From Spirulina sp. (lineage in GTDB: Bacteria > Cyanobacteriota > Cyanobacteriia > Phormidesmidales > Phormidesmidaceae), in contig JBIPSI010000016.1 in assembly GCA_044070495.1 (NCBI GenBank), forward strand, positions 1 through 64,000: a stretch of DNA of 64,000 nucleotides. Direction: 5' to 3'. The notes beneath the pieces were generated by a model, which did not search any database, was not told where the DNA came from, and worked only from the letters and a program-made list of their open reading frames with translations. Position 1 is the first letter of the stretch. Every line of letters starts with the position of its first letter. Positions 9,747 to 20,598 of this stretch are shown here, piece by piece. Position numbers and translations under genes: made by a program.

Positions 9747-11456
9747 CTAGTCGGTAAAGGTACTGGGTTGAGCCGTTGATCCAGCAATGGAGGGCGTTCC
9801 TAGTCCGAGGGCCGTCAGCAATGGGTGCTGGGCCGCTGCCATTTGGCCGTAGCTAAAGCCGTAGGGAATGGCTAGGTTGGGGACTTCGTTTTGGGAAAAT
9901 TGGGCGACGGTGGTTGTATCCGGGGTGATGGCTAGGCCCAGGAAATCCTTCAGGTAGTCGAGGGCGTAGGGGCTACCGTAGACCACCAGCCCCCGCAGGC
10001 ATTGCGCCGCTATCAGAGCCTCAACCCAGGCTTGGATAAAGGGGGAAACCGCCGCCGAACCCCGGAAAGGATTGCCTCGCAGAAAGACTTGCATCAAGGT
10101 TGGGCGTAGGATATCGGGCGGGGGCCAGTGCTGACAACCCTGATGATCCACCAGTTGAAGCTGATAGTGGGCCTGGGCAGGCAGGGTAATGGCAGGGGCG
10201 GTACGGTTCAGAAAGACACAATCCACGACACTATCTACCACAATCAGGTTGTCGCCATAGTTTTGAGGATCGCAGGGTGACACCTGACCTACGACGGTCA
10301 TGGATCTCGTCAGAATATCGGCAACGAGCCGCTGGGAGGTGGGCTTCAAAAAAACATCTAACTGCACCGGAGGCGGCGGAATATGCTCCCAGGCGTGGCA
10401 GGATTCTGGCGGCACCGAAAGCCTGGACACCACCCGCTGCTTGGCTCGCCACAGACGCTCCACCGAGTCCGCAATCCGTTCTGGGGGAATGCGTCCAGTG
10501 GTAACGGCCTCCACAACGGCCTTAATGCAGCCTTCGGGATCCTTGGGCATCAACAGCACATCGGCCCCGGCTTCCACCGCCAGCACCGCCGCTTCGTAGG
10601 GGCCGTAGGTGCGGGTGATGGCTCCCATAATCAGGGCATCGGTGACAATCAGCCCCTCGAAGCCCATTTTCTCGCGTAGGAGTCCCGTCAACGTTCGGTC
10701 AGACAGGGTGGCCGGATACAGTCGATCCAGGGCCGGAATGGTGAGGTGGGCGGTCATCACCGTATCCACCCCGGCGGCGATTAGGGATTGGAAAGGGGGC
10801 AGTTCCACCCGCTGAAGGCGATCCCAGTCGTGGGGCAAGGTGGGCAACTCTAGGTGAGAATCCACCGCCGTATCGCCATGACCAGGAAAATGCTTGGCGG
10901 TGGTGAGGGCACCCTGCCCCTGGGCACCGCGCACAAAGGCCGTGGTGAGAGCGGCGACGATCTCAGGTGTATCCCCAAAGGCCCGCACGTTGATGACGGG
11001 GTTGTTGGGGTTGTTGTTCACATCCGCCACCGGGGCCAGCACCCAGTTAAGGCCAATGGCCAGGGCTTCCTCGGCGGTGACCGATCCCATGGCTTCGGCG
11101 TAGGCTTCGGCCAGGGGAAGATCTCGCTTAGCAATTTCGGCCAAGGCCATGGGAGGCGGAAACCAGGTGGCTCCGCTGAAGCGCTGCCCTACCCCTTCTT
11201 CGATATCGGCGGCGATTAGCAGGGGAACCTGGGCCAGGGTTTGCAACTCCTGGGTTTTGAGGCCCACCTCGGCGGCGCTGCCCCCCAGCAAAATCACCCC
11301 GCCCACGCCTAGGTCGGTGATGTAGTGATGCAAGGTGGCCCGGTCGGCCTCCCAGGCGGGATAGCGAATTTCGTGGTCAAACAAATGGCCAGAGGTACGC
11401 ACCACCACCATCTGCGCCACCTGTTCCACCAGGGAAAGCGCATCCGGGGAGGGCAT
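9747..11456 (-). CDS. GH3 beta-N-acetylhexosaminidase (NagZ-like)
   Basis: ADIEEGVG, KHFPGHGDTAVDSH, TDALIMG; start ATG 11456 or GTG 11480 (overlapping the rbfA stop). Confidence 0.9.
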   Translation of the reverse strand: MPSPDALSLVEQVAQMVVVRTSGHLFDHEIRYPAWEADRATLHHYITDLGVGGVILLGGSAAEVGLKTQELQTLAQVPLLIAADIEEGVGQRFSGATWFPPPMALAEIAKRDLPLAEAYAEAMGSVTAEEALAIGLNWVLAPVADVNNNPNNPVINVRAFGDTPEIVAALTTAFVRGAQGQGALTTAKHFPGHGDTAVDSHLELPTLPHDWDRLQRVELPPFQSLIAAGVDTVMTAHLTIPALDRLYPATLSDRTLTGLLREKMGFEGLIVTDALIMGAITRTYGPYEAAVLAVEAGADVLLMPKDPEGCIKAVVEAVTTGRIPPERIADSVERLWRAKQRVVSRLSVPPESCHAWEHIPPPPVQLDVFLKPTSQRLVADILTRSMTVVGQVSPCDPQNYGDNLIVVDSVVDCVFLNRTAPAITLPAQAHYQLQLVDHQGCQHWPPPDILRPTLMQVFLRGNPFRGSAAVSPFIQAWVEALIAAQCLRGLVVYGSPYALDYLKDFLGLAITPDTTTVAQFSQNEVPNLAIPYGFSYGQMAAAQHPLLTALGLGTPSIAGSTAQPSTFTD

Positions 11457-11476
11457 GATGGCGCTGGGGGCCGTCC

Positions 11477-11950
11477 TCACGCCAGATCGTCCTCGTCGTC
11501 CTCAGCATCGGGGGTGGCCTCCTCGTCAAAGGTGTCCTCGTCGGATTCCTCGTCTTCCGCCGCCGCAAACCAGGCGTCATCCATGCCCTTTTCCTCTCGC
11601 TCCTGGCTGAGCTGGTTGATCAAGGACAACACCCGCGTGCCCCGCTCCATGGAAGTATCTTCTTTGAACAGGATTTCTGGGGTGCGCCGCAGCCGGATGC
11701 GTTGGCCCAGCTCACTCCGCACAAAGCCCGTGGCCGCCTTCAGCCCTTCCATGGTTTCGGCGCGGGCTTCCTCGGTGCCGTAGATACTGACAAACACCTT
11801 GGCGTGCTGCAAATCCCCAGACACATCCACATCGGTGACGCTGACCATGCCAGCCCCCACCCGGTCGTCCTTGATATCGCCCATCAGCATGTGGCTGACT
11901 TCGCGCTTAATCAACGACGCCACCCGCTCCACTCGACGACTATTGGCCAT
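11477..11950 (-). CDS. rbfA: Ribosome-binding factor A
   Basis: [39 protein letters not shown]. Confidence 0.95.
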   Translation of the reverse strand: MANSRRVERVASLIKREVSHMLMGDIKDDRVGAGMVSVTDVDVSGDLQHAKVFVSIYGTEEARAETMEGLKAATGFVRSELGQRIRLRRTPEILFKEDTSMERGTRVLSLINQLSQEREEKGMDDAWFAAAEDEESDEDTFDEEATPDAEDDEDDLA

Positions 11951-12040
11951 AGTCCCGTACTCCAACGTGATAAACAATTTTTTGGCCGTGCTTATCCTAG
12001 CCTTGGTCAATCACAACCATCCTTTTGTGACCAGAGCTAG

Positions 12041-12130
12041 CCCTCACCCTAAATCCCTCTCCCACGGGGAGAGGGACTTTGATCGACGCTTGATCCCCTC
12101 TCCCTGGGGGAGAGGGGCTGGGGGTGAGGG
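12041..12130. repeat. Dispersed hairpin-pair repeat (CCCTCACCC...TCCCTCTCCC...GGGAGAGGG...GGGTGAGGG)
   Basis: Two nested inverted hairpins; a single related unit at about 38613-38650. Confidence 0.85.
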
Positions 12131-12151
12131 AAATTTTTTCAAGCTCAAAAC

Positions 12152-12355
12152 CTAGGCTGCACTCAAACCCAGCATGGCCCGCAGGGTGAAGGTGAGGAAC
12201 AGGAACCCAGCCACCACCGCCCCCACCAGGGCCACCGCCGTGGTCGGACGCTGGAATAGGGGGACTAAGGGCTGCACCGCATTGTAGAGAATCCCCAGGG
12301 AAAAGGAGATCAGGTAGCGGGGATAGCGAAAAACATTCTCAAAAAACTCTTTCAT
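12152..12355 (-). CDS. DUF751 / Ycf33-like small membrane protein
   Basis: MKEFFENVFRYPRYLISF...TLRAMLG; upstream of rbfA. Confidence 0.85.
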   Translation of the reverse strand: MKEFFENVFRYPRYLISFSLGILYNAVQPLVPLFQRPTTAVALVGAVVAGFLFLTFTLRAMLGLSAA

Positions 12356-12556
12356 GGCGAGGTTTCAACAGGGGCGGGTGGGGCCACCGGATACCATTAT
12401 CCAAGCTTTGCCCGATTTCCATCCTAACCTACGGATTCCAGGGTTCTTGTCCTCGGTGCCAAAAAACGTCCTGGGGTTAGGGGCTTGGGTCTGTCATCCA
12501 GGCTGTCATTCAATAGGTCAGGCGGCCATCAGCCCTGGGTTGACCCGGTGGGGGCG

Positions 12557-13159
12557 CTACCAAATTTTGGCTAGGGACAGGGTAAACCCAGGCAGTTCAG
12601 GATCGGCGCTCACGGAAGCTGGATGGTCGAGGATAGTTGGGGGTTGATTGGGGCGATAGACATGCACTTGGCGGTTTTGGCGATCAATCAACCAGCCCAG
12701 GATGGCCCCATTGGCGATGTACTCCTCCAGCTTGGCTTGCAGCCTGGGGAGGGCATCGCTGGCGGATCGCAGTTCCACGACAAAATCGGGACAGAGGGGG
12801 GCGAAGGAGGCTTGTTCATCGGGGGTGAGGGCCTCCCACCGACTGCGGTTGATCCAGGCCGCATCGGGGGAGCGGGTGGCCCCATTGGGTAGGGTAAAGC
12901 CAGTGCTAGAATCAAACACCTCTCCGGTGCCATCGGCATCGGCCCAGTTGGCCAGTTGTTGACCAATTCTAAGGTTGCGGTTCCCTGTGTCGGAAAACGA
13001 TGGAGGCATGACTATCAGGTCGCCTTGGGCCGAGCGCTCAATGCGAAGCTCCGGGTTGGCCTGACAAAAATCATAAAACTGCGCTGCGGTCATTTCGGTG
13101 GGGGCGGGCCAATGAACGCGCAGCGGCCAATGTTCGGTTTGAATCACCAGGGTGGTCAT
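12557..13159 (-). CDS. Uma2 family (restriction endonuclease-like) protein
   Basis: FDSSTGFTLPNGATRSPDAAW, PDFVVELRS, LGWLID, LPGFTL. Confidence 0.92.
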   Translation of the reverse strand: MTTLVIQTEHWPLRVHWPAPTEMTAAQFYDFCQANPELRIERSAQGDLIVMPPSFSDTGNRNLRIGQQLANWADADGTGEVFDSSTGFTLPNGATRSPDAAWINRSRWEALTPDEQASFAPLCPDFVVELRSASDALPRLQAKLEEYIANGAILGWLIDRQNRQVHVYRPNQPPTILDHPASVSADPELPGFTLSLAKIW

Positions 13160-13265
13160 CGCCTAGACCTTGGACTCACGCCATGGATGGATCCTATCTG
13201 TAGGTAGCCACCTTCCTGCCTTAGGCCCAGCTAGGTTCAACCCGCATGGCCTTGAAAGGAGGGGC

Positions 13266-14015
13266 TTAGATACCAGCTCCGTCAAAAAATTCGTCGATGG
13301 TACGGTCTTGAATGCGGCAGAGAACACGGTCGCCTCGGTTGGTGGCAACGACACCGGCCAGCTCTTGCTCTAGGCTGGGGGCTGCTTGGCCAAGGGCCTG
13401 TACTTCGCGTTCCAGGGCTTCGATTCGGTCTACCAGGGCGCGGATCACCTGAGCTTCGGAGTCGGGCAAGCGACCGTGATCCAGGGGTTCTACCCGTTCG
13501 CCAGAACGATAGACCACCCGACCGGGCACTCCCACCACCGTGCAGTCTGAGGGCACCTCCCGCAGCACCACCGATCCGGCCCCGATGCGTACGTTGTTGC
13601 CAATTTGAATATTGCCGAGCACCTTAGCCCCGGCCCCAACCACCACGTTTTCGCCGAGGGTGGGGTGGCGCTTGCCGATTTCCTTGCCGGTGCCGCCTAG
13701 GGTAACGCCTTGGTAAATCAGGGCATAGTCGCCCACAATGGCGGTTTCGCCAATGACGACGCCCATGCCGTGGTCGATAAATACCCCCTGGCCGATGGTA
13801 GCTCCGGGGTGAATTTCAATGCCGGTGAGAAACCGTGCTAAGTGGGACAGCAAGCGCGGAATGACCGGAATGCCAAGGTTCCATAGCCAATGGCTAAACC
13901 GATGCATGGCCAAGGCGTGGAAGCCTGGGTAGGAGGTGATTACCTCTAACCAGTTGCGGGCAGCGGGATCGCGCTCGAAGACCACACGGAAGTCTGCAAC
14001 CAGAGTTTTAAGCAC
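13266..14015 (-). CDS. cysE: Serine O-acetyltransferase
   Basis: [31 protein letters not shown]. Confidence 0.95.
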   Translation of the reverse strand: MLKTLVADFRVVFERDPAARNWLEVITSYPGFHALAMHRFSHWLWNLGIPVIPRLLSHLARFLTGIEIHPGATIGQGVFIDHGMGVVIGETAIVGDYALIYQGVTLGGTGKEIGKRHPTLGENVVVGAGAKVLGNIQIGNNVRIGAGSVVLREVPSDCTVVGVPGRVVYRSGERVEPLDHGRLPDSEAQVIRALVDRIEALEREVQALGQAAPSLEQELAGVVATNRGDRVLCRIQDRTIDEFFDGAGI

Positions 14016-14079
14016 AGGTTTTCAGAAAAATCAGCAAGGGCACTAATATCCTAGCGTGGGATTGCGATCCCCAACAGGG

Positions 14080-14559
14080 CTAGGGGCCAACCAGGAGGGA
14101 GTAGTTAAGACGCTGGCCTTGGTTGTGGGATCCAACCCAGAGACGATAGGTGCCCGCCGGGAGGTCTTGGGCCTGGATTTGGGCGTCGGGGTTGCGACGG
14201 CTGATATCCTCGCCACAGCGAACCATGGCGTCATTGGGGCCTTGCAGCAGCAGGGTGGTGTCTTGGCCACCGCTGTTGACCTGAAGGGTGAGGCGGGCCA
14301 TGGGTTCCTGGAGGGTAAGGATATGGTCGGGATTGGTGTCGGCAAAGCCCGTACAAATGGTGCCCTGGTGGTCGCGCATGGCGACGTTGGCCAGGGCAAA
14401 AATACCAGCGGTGGTGCCGTTGGCGGTGGCGTTGGGCTGACTGGTGGACAGGGTGATGGGGGCGAAGTTCGCCGTCTGGGCCAAGGCGGCGGATCCGAAG
14501 CCCCCTAGGGCAAAAAGAACAAAGGCCGCAAACCCGTATCGTTGATGTTGGCTGCCCAT
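14080..14559 (-). CDS. Secreted PPC-like domain protein
   Basis: Signal peptide; CTGFADTNPDH, DTTLLLQGP, GTYRLWVG; resembles 8959-9480. Confidence 0.75.
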   Translation of the reverse strand: MGSQHQRYGFAAFVLFALGGFGSAALAQTANFAPITLSTSQPNATANGTTAGIFALANVAMRDHQGTICTGFADTNPDHILTLQEPMARLTLQVNSGGQDTTLLLQGPNDAMVRCGEDISRRNPDAQIQAQDLPAGTYRLWVGSHNQGQRLNYSLLVGP

Positions 14560-14725
14560 GGCTACCCACCTTGCGCTGTAAATCTATCCCTAGGATGGGC
14601 GATGGATGGGGATCTGATCCGCTGTCGTGGACAGAAGTTAAACTGGCTGGGGGGGATGGGTTATTGGTTATTTGGGGTTGGGAGGAGTGCCTTTCGTAGG
14701 TTTTTTAGAGAGGGGGGCTAGGGGA

Positions 14726-14884
14726 ATGGAAATTCTTTGGTTGCTGATCTGTGGAGCCGTGGCTTGGGTGGTGGGTACCACGGTGGATACGCTGCCAAGC
14801 CTGGGGCAACTGTTTTTGCCCTCGAAGTGGGTGCTGATTGCCCTGGGGCTAGGGTTGGCCACCTGGTTGATGCACCCAGACTAG
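14726..14884 (+). CDS. Small hypothetical membrane protein (52 aa)
   Basis: Two hydrophobic segments; purine-rich leader before ATG 14726. Confidence 0.5.
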   Translation: MEILWLLICGAVAWVVGTTVDTLPSLGQLFLPSKWVLIALGLGLATWLMHPD

Positions 14885-15008
14885 GCTGCCCCATGGATGG
14901 ATGAGTTGTAAACCCTGGCAAAGAGCGGCGAATGCTTTCCTTGCTCTACGGTATAGTGGCGGTTCAGTAAGGCCCCATGCCAAGCGTGAGTCTAGCCAGG
15001 AGTAGCCC

Positions 15009-16937
15009 GTGGCCCAAAAACGGTGGCGCATCAAATGGAAGCATGTGACAGGGTTGGCCCTAGGGATGTTTGGGGCGGGGGCCTTGGCGGGGCTGATGGC
15101 CTCGCGGATGACCCCTACCCCTGCGCTGCCTGAGGCGGATTTGGCCCCTGGGCTGCGGGTGTCGCGCCTGCCTCAACCCCTAATGCTGAACGGACGCCCC
15201 CAGGCGTTTCCCCTGCCCGCATTTAACGAAGTGTGGGAATGCGAGGTGGTGGTGGTGGGGGGTTCCCTAGGGGGGGTGGCGGCGGCGGGTCATGCCATGG
15301 CCACTGGGGCGCAAACCTGCCTGATTGAGGCGGCTCCTTGGCTGGGCGGGCAGATTAGTTCCCAGGGGGTTTCGGCCATTGATGAATCCCTGCAAATGCG
15401 GCAGCGCAACAATTTTGCCCCCAGTTGGGTGCGGTTCCGCCAGATGATCAAAAACCAGGTGGTGACCCTACCCGCCTGGAGTCCCGGTGGCACCAGCCGC
15501 ACCGTGGCCGATATCAACCGCTGTTGGGTGGGGGCGCTGTGTTTTCCGCCCCAGGCTGGAGCCTTGGCCTCGGAACAGTTTTTGCGAGAAACCGGATCGG
15601 CGGGCAATGGCCGCTGGGCCACCATGACGGCCTTCAAGGGGGCCGAGTTTGATGCCACGGGTCAGCGCATCACGGCGGTCTACGGGGTGCGGCGGATTCC
15701 GAGGGATCCCAACTATGTGCCGAAGGGTCGGCTGTCGGAGGAGTTAGCAGAGTGGTATAGCTGGTCGCCCACCGATGCCTACGACCGAGTGCCGATTCGC
15801 CTGCAAGCGCCCCCCGGTCGATCCATGGTGGTGATTGATGCCACCGACACCGGGGAACTGGTGGCCTGGGCTAAGGTGCCCTACCGCCTGGGGTCAGAAT
15901 CTAAGGCCACCACCGGGGAACCCAACGCCGCCGCCTTTGACAACCCAGACTGCACCCAGGCCTTTACCTACCCCTTCGGCCTCGCCATCCACAACGATGG
16001 GGGCGATAGCCTAGCCGCCCTGTCGCGCCTGGAACCCACCTACGGCCTCCATGAACACAAGTCCGTCTACGACCTAGAGGGTTTTCCCTTCTTTGAGGGA
16101 AAAAGTTTCTTCCACTATCGCCGCATCGTCAGCCACAGCCGCAACAATCCCCACACGGGCACCCCTGCCCCTGGGGATATTGCCATGATTAACTGGAACC
16201 GGGGCAACGATTGGAACTGGATGGATCCGCCGCTGATTCTTAAGGACGAAGAACTGGAAGCCTCTGGCCAATACCAAAACTGGATGGGGGGAATTTCCCA
16301 ATCGGCCCTAAAGTTTGCCGAAGAACACGCCCTGGTGTTTGCCCGCTGGCTGCTCGAAAACCATGCCACCCCCAGCCAGCCCCTCGCCTACCTCTATGGC
16401 CCCGACAGCCCCATGGGCACCCGTTCCGGCCTCAGCATGGTGCCCTATTTTCGGGAGGGTCGCCGCATCCTGGGTGGCCCTGCCTACGGTCAAGAGGCGT
16501 TTATGATCCGCGAAAACGACATGCGGATTGGCTTCCCAGAACAGCGCAGCTTTGGCCCCACCGCCGTAGGCGTCAGCCACTACGCCATCGATATTCACGG
16601 CTGCCGCTACCGCAACTGGGGGCCATCGGGAGATTCCGTTAGCGCCCCTGCCCAGGAACCCAAGGTCAAACCCATTCAGTTGCCCTTGGAAAGCCTGATT
16701 CCCCAAGGGGTAGACAATCTGCTGATTGGCGGCAAAGCCCTCGCCGCCACCCACATCGCCAATGCCTCCACCCGCGTTCACTACGGCGAATGGCAGGCCG
16801 GATCGGCGGCGGGGGTAACGGCGGGTTGGCTGCTGCTGCCCGATACGCCCGCGAATCCGGCAGAGATTGTCCCCAATGGCTATATGTCGGCCCTGCAAGC
16901 GTTTATGACTCAGCAAGGGCTACGCACAACTTGGTGA
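15009..16937 (+). CDS. Membrane-anchored FAD-dependent oxidoreductase
   Basis: VVVVGGSLGGVAAA, LGGQISSQGVSAIDE, IDATDTGEL, YFREGRR. Confidence 0.88.
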   Translation: MAQKRWRIKWKHVTGLALGMFGAGALAGLMASRMTPTPALPEADLAPGLRVSRLPQPLMLNGRPQAFPLPAFNEVWECEVVVVGGSLGGVAAAGHAMATGAQTCLIEAAPWLGGQISSQGVSAIDESLQMRQRNNFAPSWVRFRQMIKNQVVTLPAWSPGGTSRTVADINRCWVGALCFPPQAGALASEQFLRETGSAGNGRWATMTAFKGAEFDATGQRITAVYGVRRIPRDPNYVPKGRLSEELAEWYSWSPTDAYDRVPIRLQAPPGRSMVVIDATDTGELVAWAKVPYRLGSESKATTGEPNAAAFDNPDCTQAFTYPFGLAIHNDGGDSLAALSRLEPTYGLHEHKSVYDLEGFPFFEGKSFFHYRRIVSHSRNNPHTGTPAPGDIAMINWNRGNDWNWMDPPLILKDEELEASGQYQNWMGGISQSALKFAEEHALVFARWLLENHATPSQPLAYLYGPDSPMGTRSGLSMVPYFREGRRILGGPAYGQEAFMIRENDMRIGFPEQRSFGPTAVGVSHYAIDIHGCRYRNWGPSGDSVSAPAQEPKVKPIQLPLESLIPQGVDNLLIGGKALAATHIANASTRVHYGEWQAGSAAGVTAGWLLLPDTPANPAEIVPNGYMSALQAFMTQQGLRTTW

Positions 16938-16981
16938 TCGCTGGGGTTGGTGATACCTGGGTATGTGTCACGTCTAGGCGG

Positions 16982-17193
16982 CTGGCTGACTGACACAACG
17001 CCGAAAAGCCTCAATTTCTCGTAGGTTGGGTGGCGCGATAGCAGAACCCAACAAGCCCAAAGTCTTCGGCGAGCGTTGGGTTCCGCTTCGCTGCACCCAA
17101 CCTACAAGCTGCGGGTGAAGGGTGCTAGGGTATCTGAGCGCTGTGGCCAACCCGAACTGAGGTTAGGTTAGCGCAGTTTTGTTCGTCAACTAG
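16982..17193. mobile_element. MITE family A, longer copy (212 bp) containing a REP doublet
   Basis: Ends CTGGCTGACTGACACAA / TTTTGTTCGTCAACTAG; inverted GTAGGTTGGG...CCCAACCTAC pair at 17021-17052 and 17075-17105; TCTAGGC in both flanks. Confidence 0.65.
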
Positions 17194-17196
17194 GTT

Positions 17197-18423
17197 CTAG
17201 GCTGGCCCACCCGATTCTTGGGATACTCCTTCCTTGGCCGACTGCGTCATGGGGCGAGAGGGGTCGTTGGCGATGCGGGGCAGACGGTGTTTGAAGCCGC
17301 AGAGGATTTCCCAGGAAATCGATTGGGTGAGGTTGGCCCAGTCGTCGGGGGTGATGCGGTGGGGGCCGTCTTGGCCGAGGAGGGTCACCACGTCGCCCTC
17401 TTGCAGATTGGGAATCTGGGTCACATCCACCATCAGTTGATCCATGGTGATGGTGCCAATTTGGGGGGCAAGTTGGCCTTTAATCAGAACGTTAATCCGG
17501 TTGGAGAGGATGCGGGGCACCCCATCGGCATAGCCAATCCCCACCACCGCTATGCGAATGGGGCGTTGGGTGACGTAGGAATGGCCGTAGCTGACTCCGG
17601 TTCCGGCGGGTAGATTCTTCAGGTGGGTAATGCGGGCTTTCACCTGCATCACAGGTTTAAGGTCGAGGACAGAGGCCAGGTGAGGGGCCGGAGACAGCCC
17701 ATAGAGGCCCAGCCCCACCCGCACCATATCGTAGTGCAGGGCCGGATCGACCAGGGTGGCGGCGGTGTTGGCCAGGTGCAGACGAGGGGGACGTAGATTT
17801 TCCCTGTCCAACTCGGCGATGGCGGCTTCAAACCGCTGGTGCTGTTGGTTCATCAGGGTGGGGTCGGGGCTGTCGGCGGTGGCAAAGTGGGAATAGAGGC
17901 TGCTGATTTTGAGGTGGGGCAATGGGCGCACAAACCGCACAAATTCAAGGGCCTCGGCGGCAGGAAACCCCAGCCGAGACATGCCCGTATCCAGCTTCAG
18001 GTGAACATCTATGGGGCGGGAAAGCTTCAGTGGGGCCAGGGTATCGGAAAAGACGAGGGCCTGTTTGGGGGTAACCAGGGTGGGCTGCAACTGCCAGCGG
18101 GCCATGGCCTGCATTTCTTCGGGGCTGTTCACCGCCCCCATCACCAAAATTGGGGCCTGAAGGCCAGCGGTGCGTAGCTCAATGCCCTCCGGCACCGTGG
18201 CCACCCCCAGCCAACTGGCCCCCGCCTTGAGGGCCGCTTGGGCAATCATCACCGCCCCGTGGCCGTAGGCATCGGCCTTGACCACCGCCATTAACCGAGT
18301 TTGAGGCCCCAGGTGCTGCTTGAATTGCCGTACATTGTGGCGCAGGGCCTCCAGGTCAATGTCTACCCAGGCCCGACAACAGCGCATTGGCCCCAGGCTC
18401 GGCGTTTGTTCCCAACTCAGCAT
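17197..18423 (-). CDS. alr: Alanine racemase
   Basis: AVVKADAYGHG (PLP Lys), DTGMSRLG, GVSYG, ITMDQ. Confidence 0.95.
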   Translation of the reverse strand: MLSWEQTPSLGPMRCCRAWVDIDLEALRHNVRQFKQHLGPQTRLMAVVKADAYGHGAVMIAQAALKAGASWLGVATVPEGIELRTAGLQAPILVMGAVNSPEEMQAMARWQLQPTLVTPKQALVFSDTLAPLKLSRPIDVHLKLDTGMSRLGFPAAEALEFVRFVRPLPHLKISSLYSHFATADSPDPTLMNQQHQRFEAAIAELDRENLRPPRLHLANTAATLVDPALHYDMVRVGLGLYGLSPAPHLASVLDLKPVMQVKARITHLKNLPAGTGVSYGHSYVTQRPIRIAVVGIGYADGVPRILSNRINVLIKGQLAPQIGTITMDQLMVDVTQIPNLQEGDVVTLLGQDGPHRITPDDWANLTQSISWEILCGFKHRLPRIANDPSRPMTQSAKEGVSQESGGPA

Positions 18424-18621
18424 GGCTTACTCCTCCACAACCATGGGCATAACCACGGGGATCCCATCGGTTAGCGACCCATCATAGCGCTAACGGTGAC
18501 GGCACTTCCCGTAGCCATCTGGGGACACTGTCACCGGGGGCTAGTGTATCAGCCGAAAACCCCGTCCTTGGGCTTCTGTGTTACCATCGGGCTAATCTTT
18601 TACCTACCCCAATAGACGCGG

Positions 18622-19125
18622 ATGAGTAAGGTTCTGGTACTCAACGCCTCCTACGAGCCGCTTAATATCACGAGCTGGCGACGGGCTGCAGTACTTTTGA
18701 TTAAGGACAAGGCCGAGCAGCTAGAGCACAACGGCAAGTACATCTATGCCGGGTTTCCGCTGCCCACGGTGATTCGCCTGCGCCACTATGTGCGTGTGCC
18801 CTACAAAGATATTCCCCTCACCCGTCGCAATCTGCTCCAGCGCGACAACCACACCTGCCAATACTGCGGCTACAGCAGCGGCGAAGGGCTAACCCTCGAC
18901 CACGTTATTCCCCGGTCTCGCGGCGGCGGCGAAACCTGGGAAAACATGGTGACCGCCTGTGTGCGCTGCAACGTAAAAAAAGGCAACCGCACCCCACGGG
19001 AGGCCGAAATGCCCCTGCTTAGCCAGCCTCGCAAGCCCCACAGCAGCCTCTATTTTGAGGTCACTCGCCACATCCACAGCGGCGTTCACAAAGAATGGCG
19101 GAAATACGTGATTGGGCTATCTTAA
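18622..19125 (+). CDS. HNH endonuclease
   Basis: VLVLNASYEPL, RDNHTCQYCG, TLDHVIPRSRGG, CVRCNVKKG. Confidence 0.92.
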   Translation: MSKVLVLNASYEPLNITSWRRAAVLLIKDKAEQLEHNGKYIYAGFPLPTVIRLRHYVRVPYKDIPLTRRNLLQRDNHTCQYCGYSSGEGLTLDHVIPRSRGGGETWENMVTACVRCNVKKGNRTPREAEMPLLSQPRKPHSSLYFEVTRHIHSGVHKEWRKYVIGLS

Positions 19126-19280
19126 CCCGTTGATCGAAAACCTAGCTTGACGTGTTAAGGCCAATCCCCTGGCCAGAACTTTCGGCACCAGAACTTGCGG
19201 AAATGGAATAGATCGTTACAGGGCAGGTGCCCTAGGATGGGTGGACGTAAAATGCCCTAGTCGTGTTGACGGAGTAAGCG

Positions 19281-20513
19281 ATGTCTGTGCCCCCTGGTTT
19301 ACGGCTTGGTTTGATCGGTATCGGTGCCCTCTGGGTGGCCATGGCTCCAACGGTAGCCTACGCCGATGGGGTTGCTGCCGAATCTGGCTTTGAGCTTGTA
19401 GGGATGGAAGTTGCGCCGGAATCTGCATTTGTGCCAGAACCAACGGCTATCCCCGGACTACCGATAGCGTCTGAGGTCAAGGAACCACCCAAAGCAGAGG
19501 GGGCTGTGCCCTTGGCCATGCCGCCCCTAACCGTGACCACTGCGGGACAGACGAATGTAGAGGGACACCTACCCCATGCTCAATCCCCCAGGGCACAGGA
19601 TCTCACGCCCCTGGCAACGGGGTTATCGATGGCCCATACGATGCCTACCCTCGCCCCCGATGAACCAGCGGACAGGGTAGCTCAGGTGCGTCCGTCCAAC
19701 GATAGTCCGGGTTGGGAGTATGTGCTGTCGCCCTACATTTTTGTGCCCTTTAGCGTGCGGGCCGACGTGAATGTGGGGGGCGTGTCCCAATCCTTTTCGG
19801 CTGGGCTGGGGGATGTGCTCAGTTTAGATCGGGTTTTCTCCGGTGCCCTGCGCTTCGAGGCCCGTCAGCCCCGGTACGGCTTCTTCGCCGATGTCTCCCA
19901 TGTGTTTATCCGGGAGAGTAAGGGAGTGTCTGGGTTTCCGCTGCCGCCCGTGCTCGCCGCAGCGGTATCCGCCCAAACGGGGTTACCCATCCCCCCAGGT
20001 ACGCCCGTGGATGTGGGGGTAACCGGAACCGGGCGCACCACCACGGTTAATCTAGGCGGCTACTACCGAGTAGTGGATCAGGTCTTGGGCAGCCCTGAAT
20101 CGAGTTCGGCCTATCCTCGGCTGCTGGTTGATCCTTACCTGGGGGCGCGTCTGGTTGCCCTTAGTGGTTCCCTAGACTTTAGTGCAGGCGTGGGAGGGCT
20201 GAGCCAAACCGCCCGCCTTAGCGATTCTGCGGTGCTTGTCAAGCCCATGATCGGCACCCAGGTGGGCCTAGAACTGTCGGATCAGTGGGCCTTGGGCCTG
20301 CGGGGGGATATTTCGGGTCTAGCGATTGGGGCTAACGAAAGCCTCTCCTGGGGAATTTGGGCGGGTGCCCGCTACCGTTTTTCCCCCTCCTGGGCGGTGC
20401 AGTTGGGCTACCAATACCGGGATTCTCGCTACCAAGTGGGCAGCGGCGCAACTCAGTTCGGCCTAGACCAAACCCAGCAGGGCATTTGGACGGGGCTGGA
20501 TATTCAGCTATAG
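19281..20513 (+). CDS. Putative outer-membrane beta-barrel protein
   Basis: Signal peptide, Pro/Ala-rich N-terminus, alternating-aromatic C-terminal strands. Confidence 0.7.
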   Translation: MSVPPGLRLGLIGIGALWVAMAPTVAYADGVAAESGFELVGMEVAPESAFVPEPTAIPGLPIASEVKEPPKAEGAVPLAMPPLTVTTAGQTNVEGHLPHAQSPRAQDLTPLATGLSMAHTMPTLAPDEPADRVAQVRPSNDSPGWEYVLSPYIFVPFSVRADVNVGGVSQSFSAGLGDVLSLDRVFSGALRFEARQPRYGFFADVSHVFIRESKGVSGFPLPPVLAAAVSAQTGLPIPPGTPVDVGVTGTGRTTTVNLGGYYRVVDQVLGSPESSSAYPRLLVDPYLGARLVALSGSLDFSAGVGGLSQTARLSDSAVLVKPMIGTQVGLELSDQWALGLRGDISGLAIGANESLSWGIWAGARYRFSPSWAVQLGYQYRDSRYQVGSGATQFGLDQTQQGIWTGLDIQL

Positions 20514-20598
20514 AGCGACAGGTGGTCTTATACCCAATCTGAACCGCACAACCCCGATCCTTGAAACGTTGGTTCTGCCCTGGGGCATAGACCTAGTG

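Noticed and set aside
12557..19125. Uma2 and HNH nucleases as a defence system
   Set aside because: Both are common stand-alone cyanobacterial genes; no adjacent methyltransferase, ATPase or partner gene.
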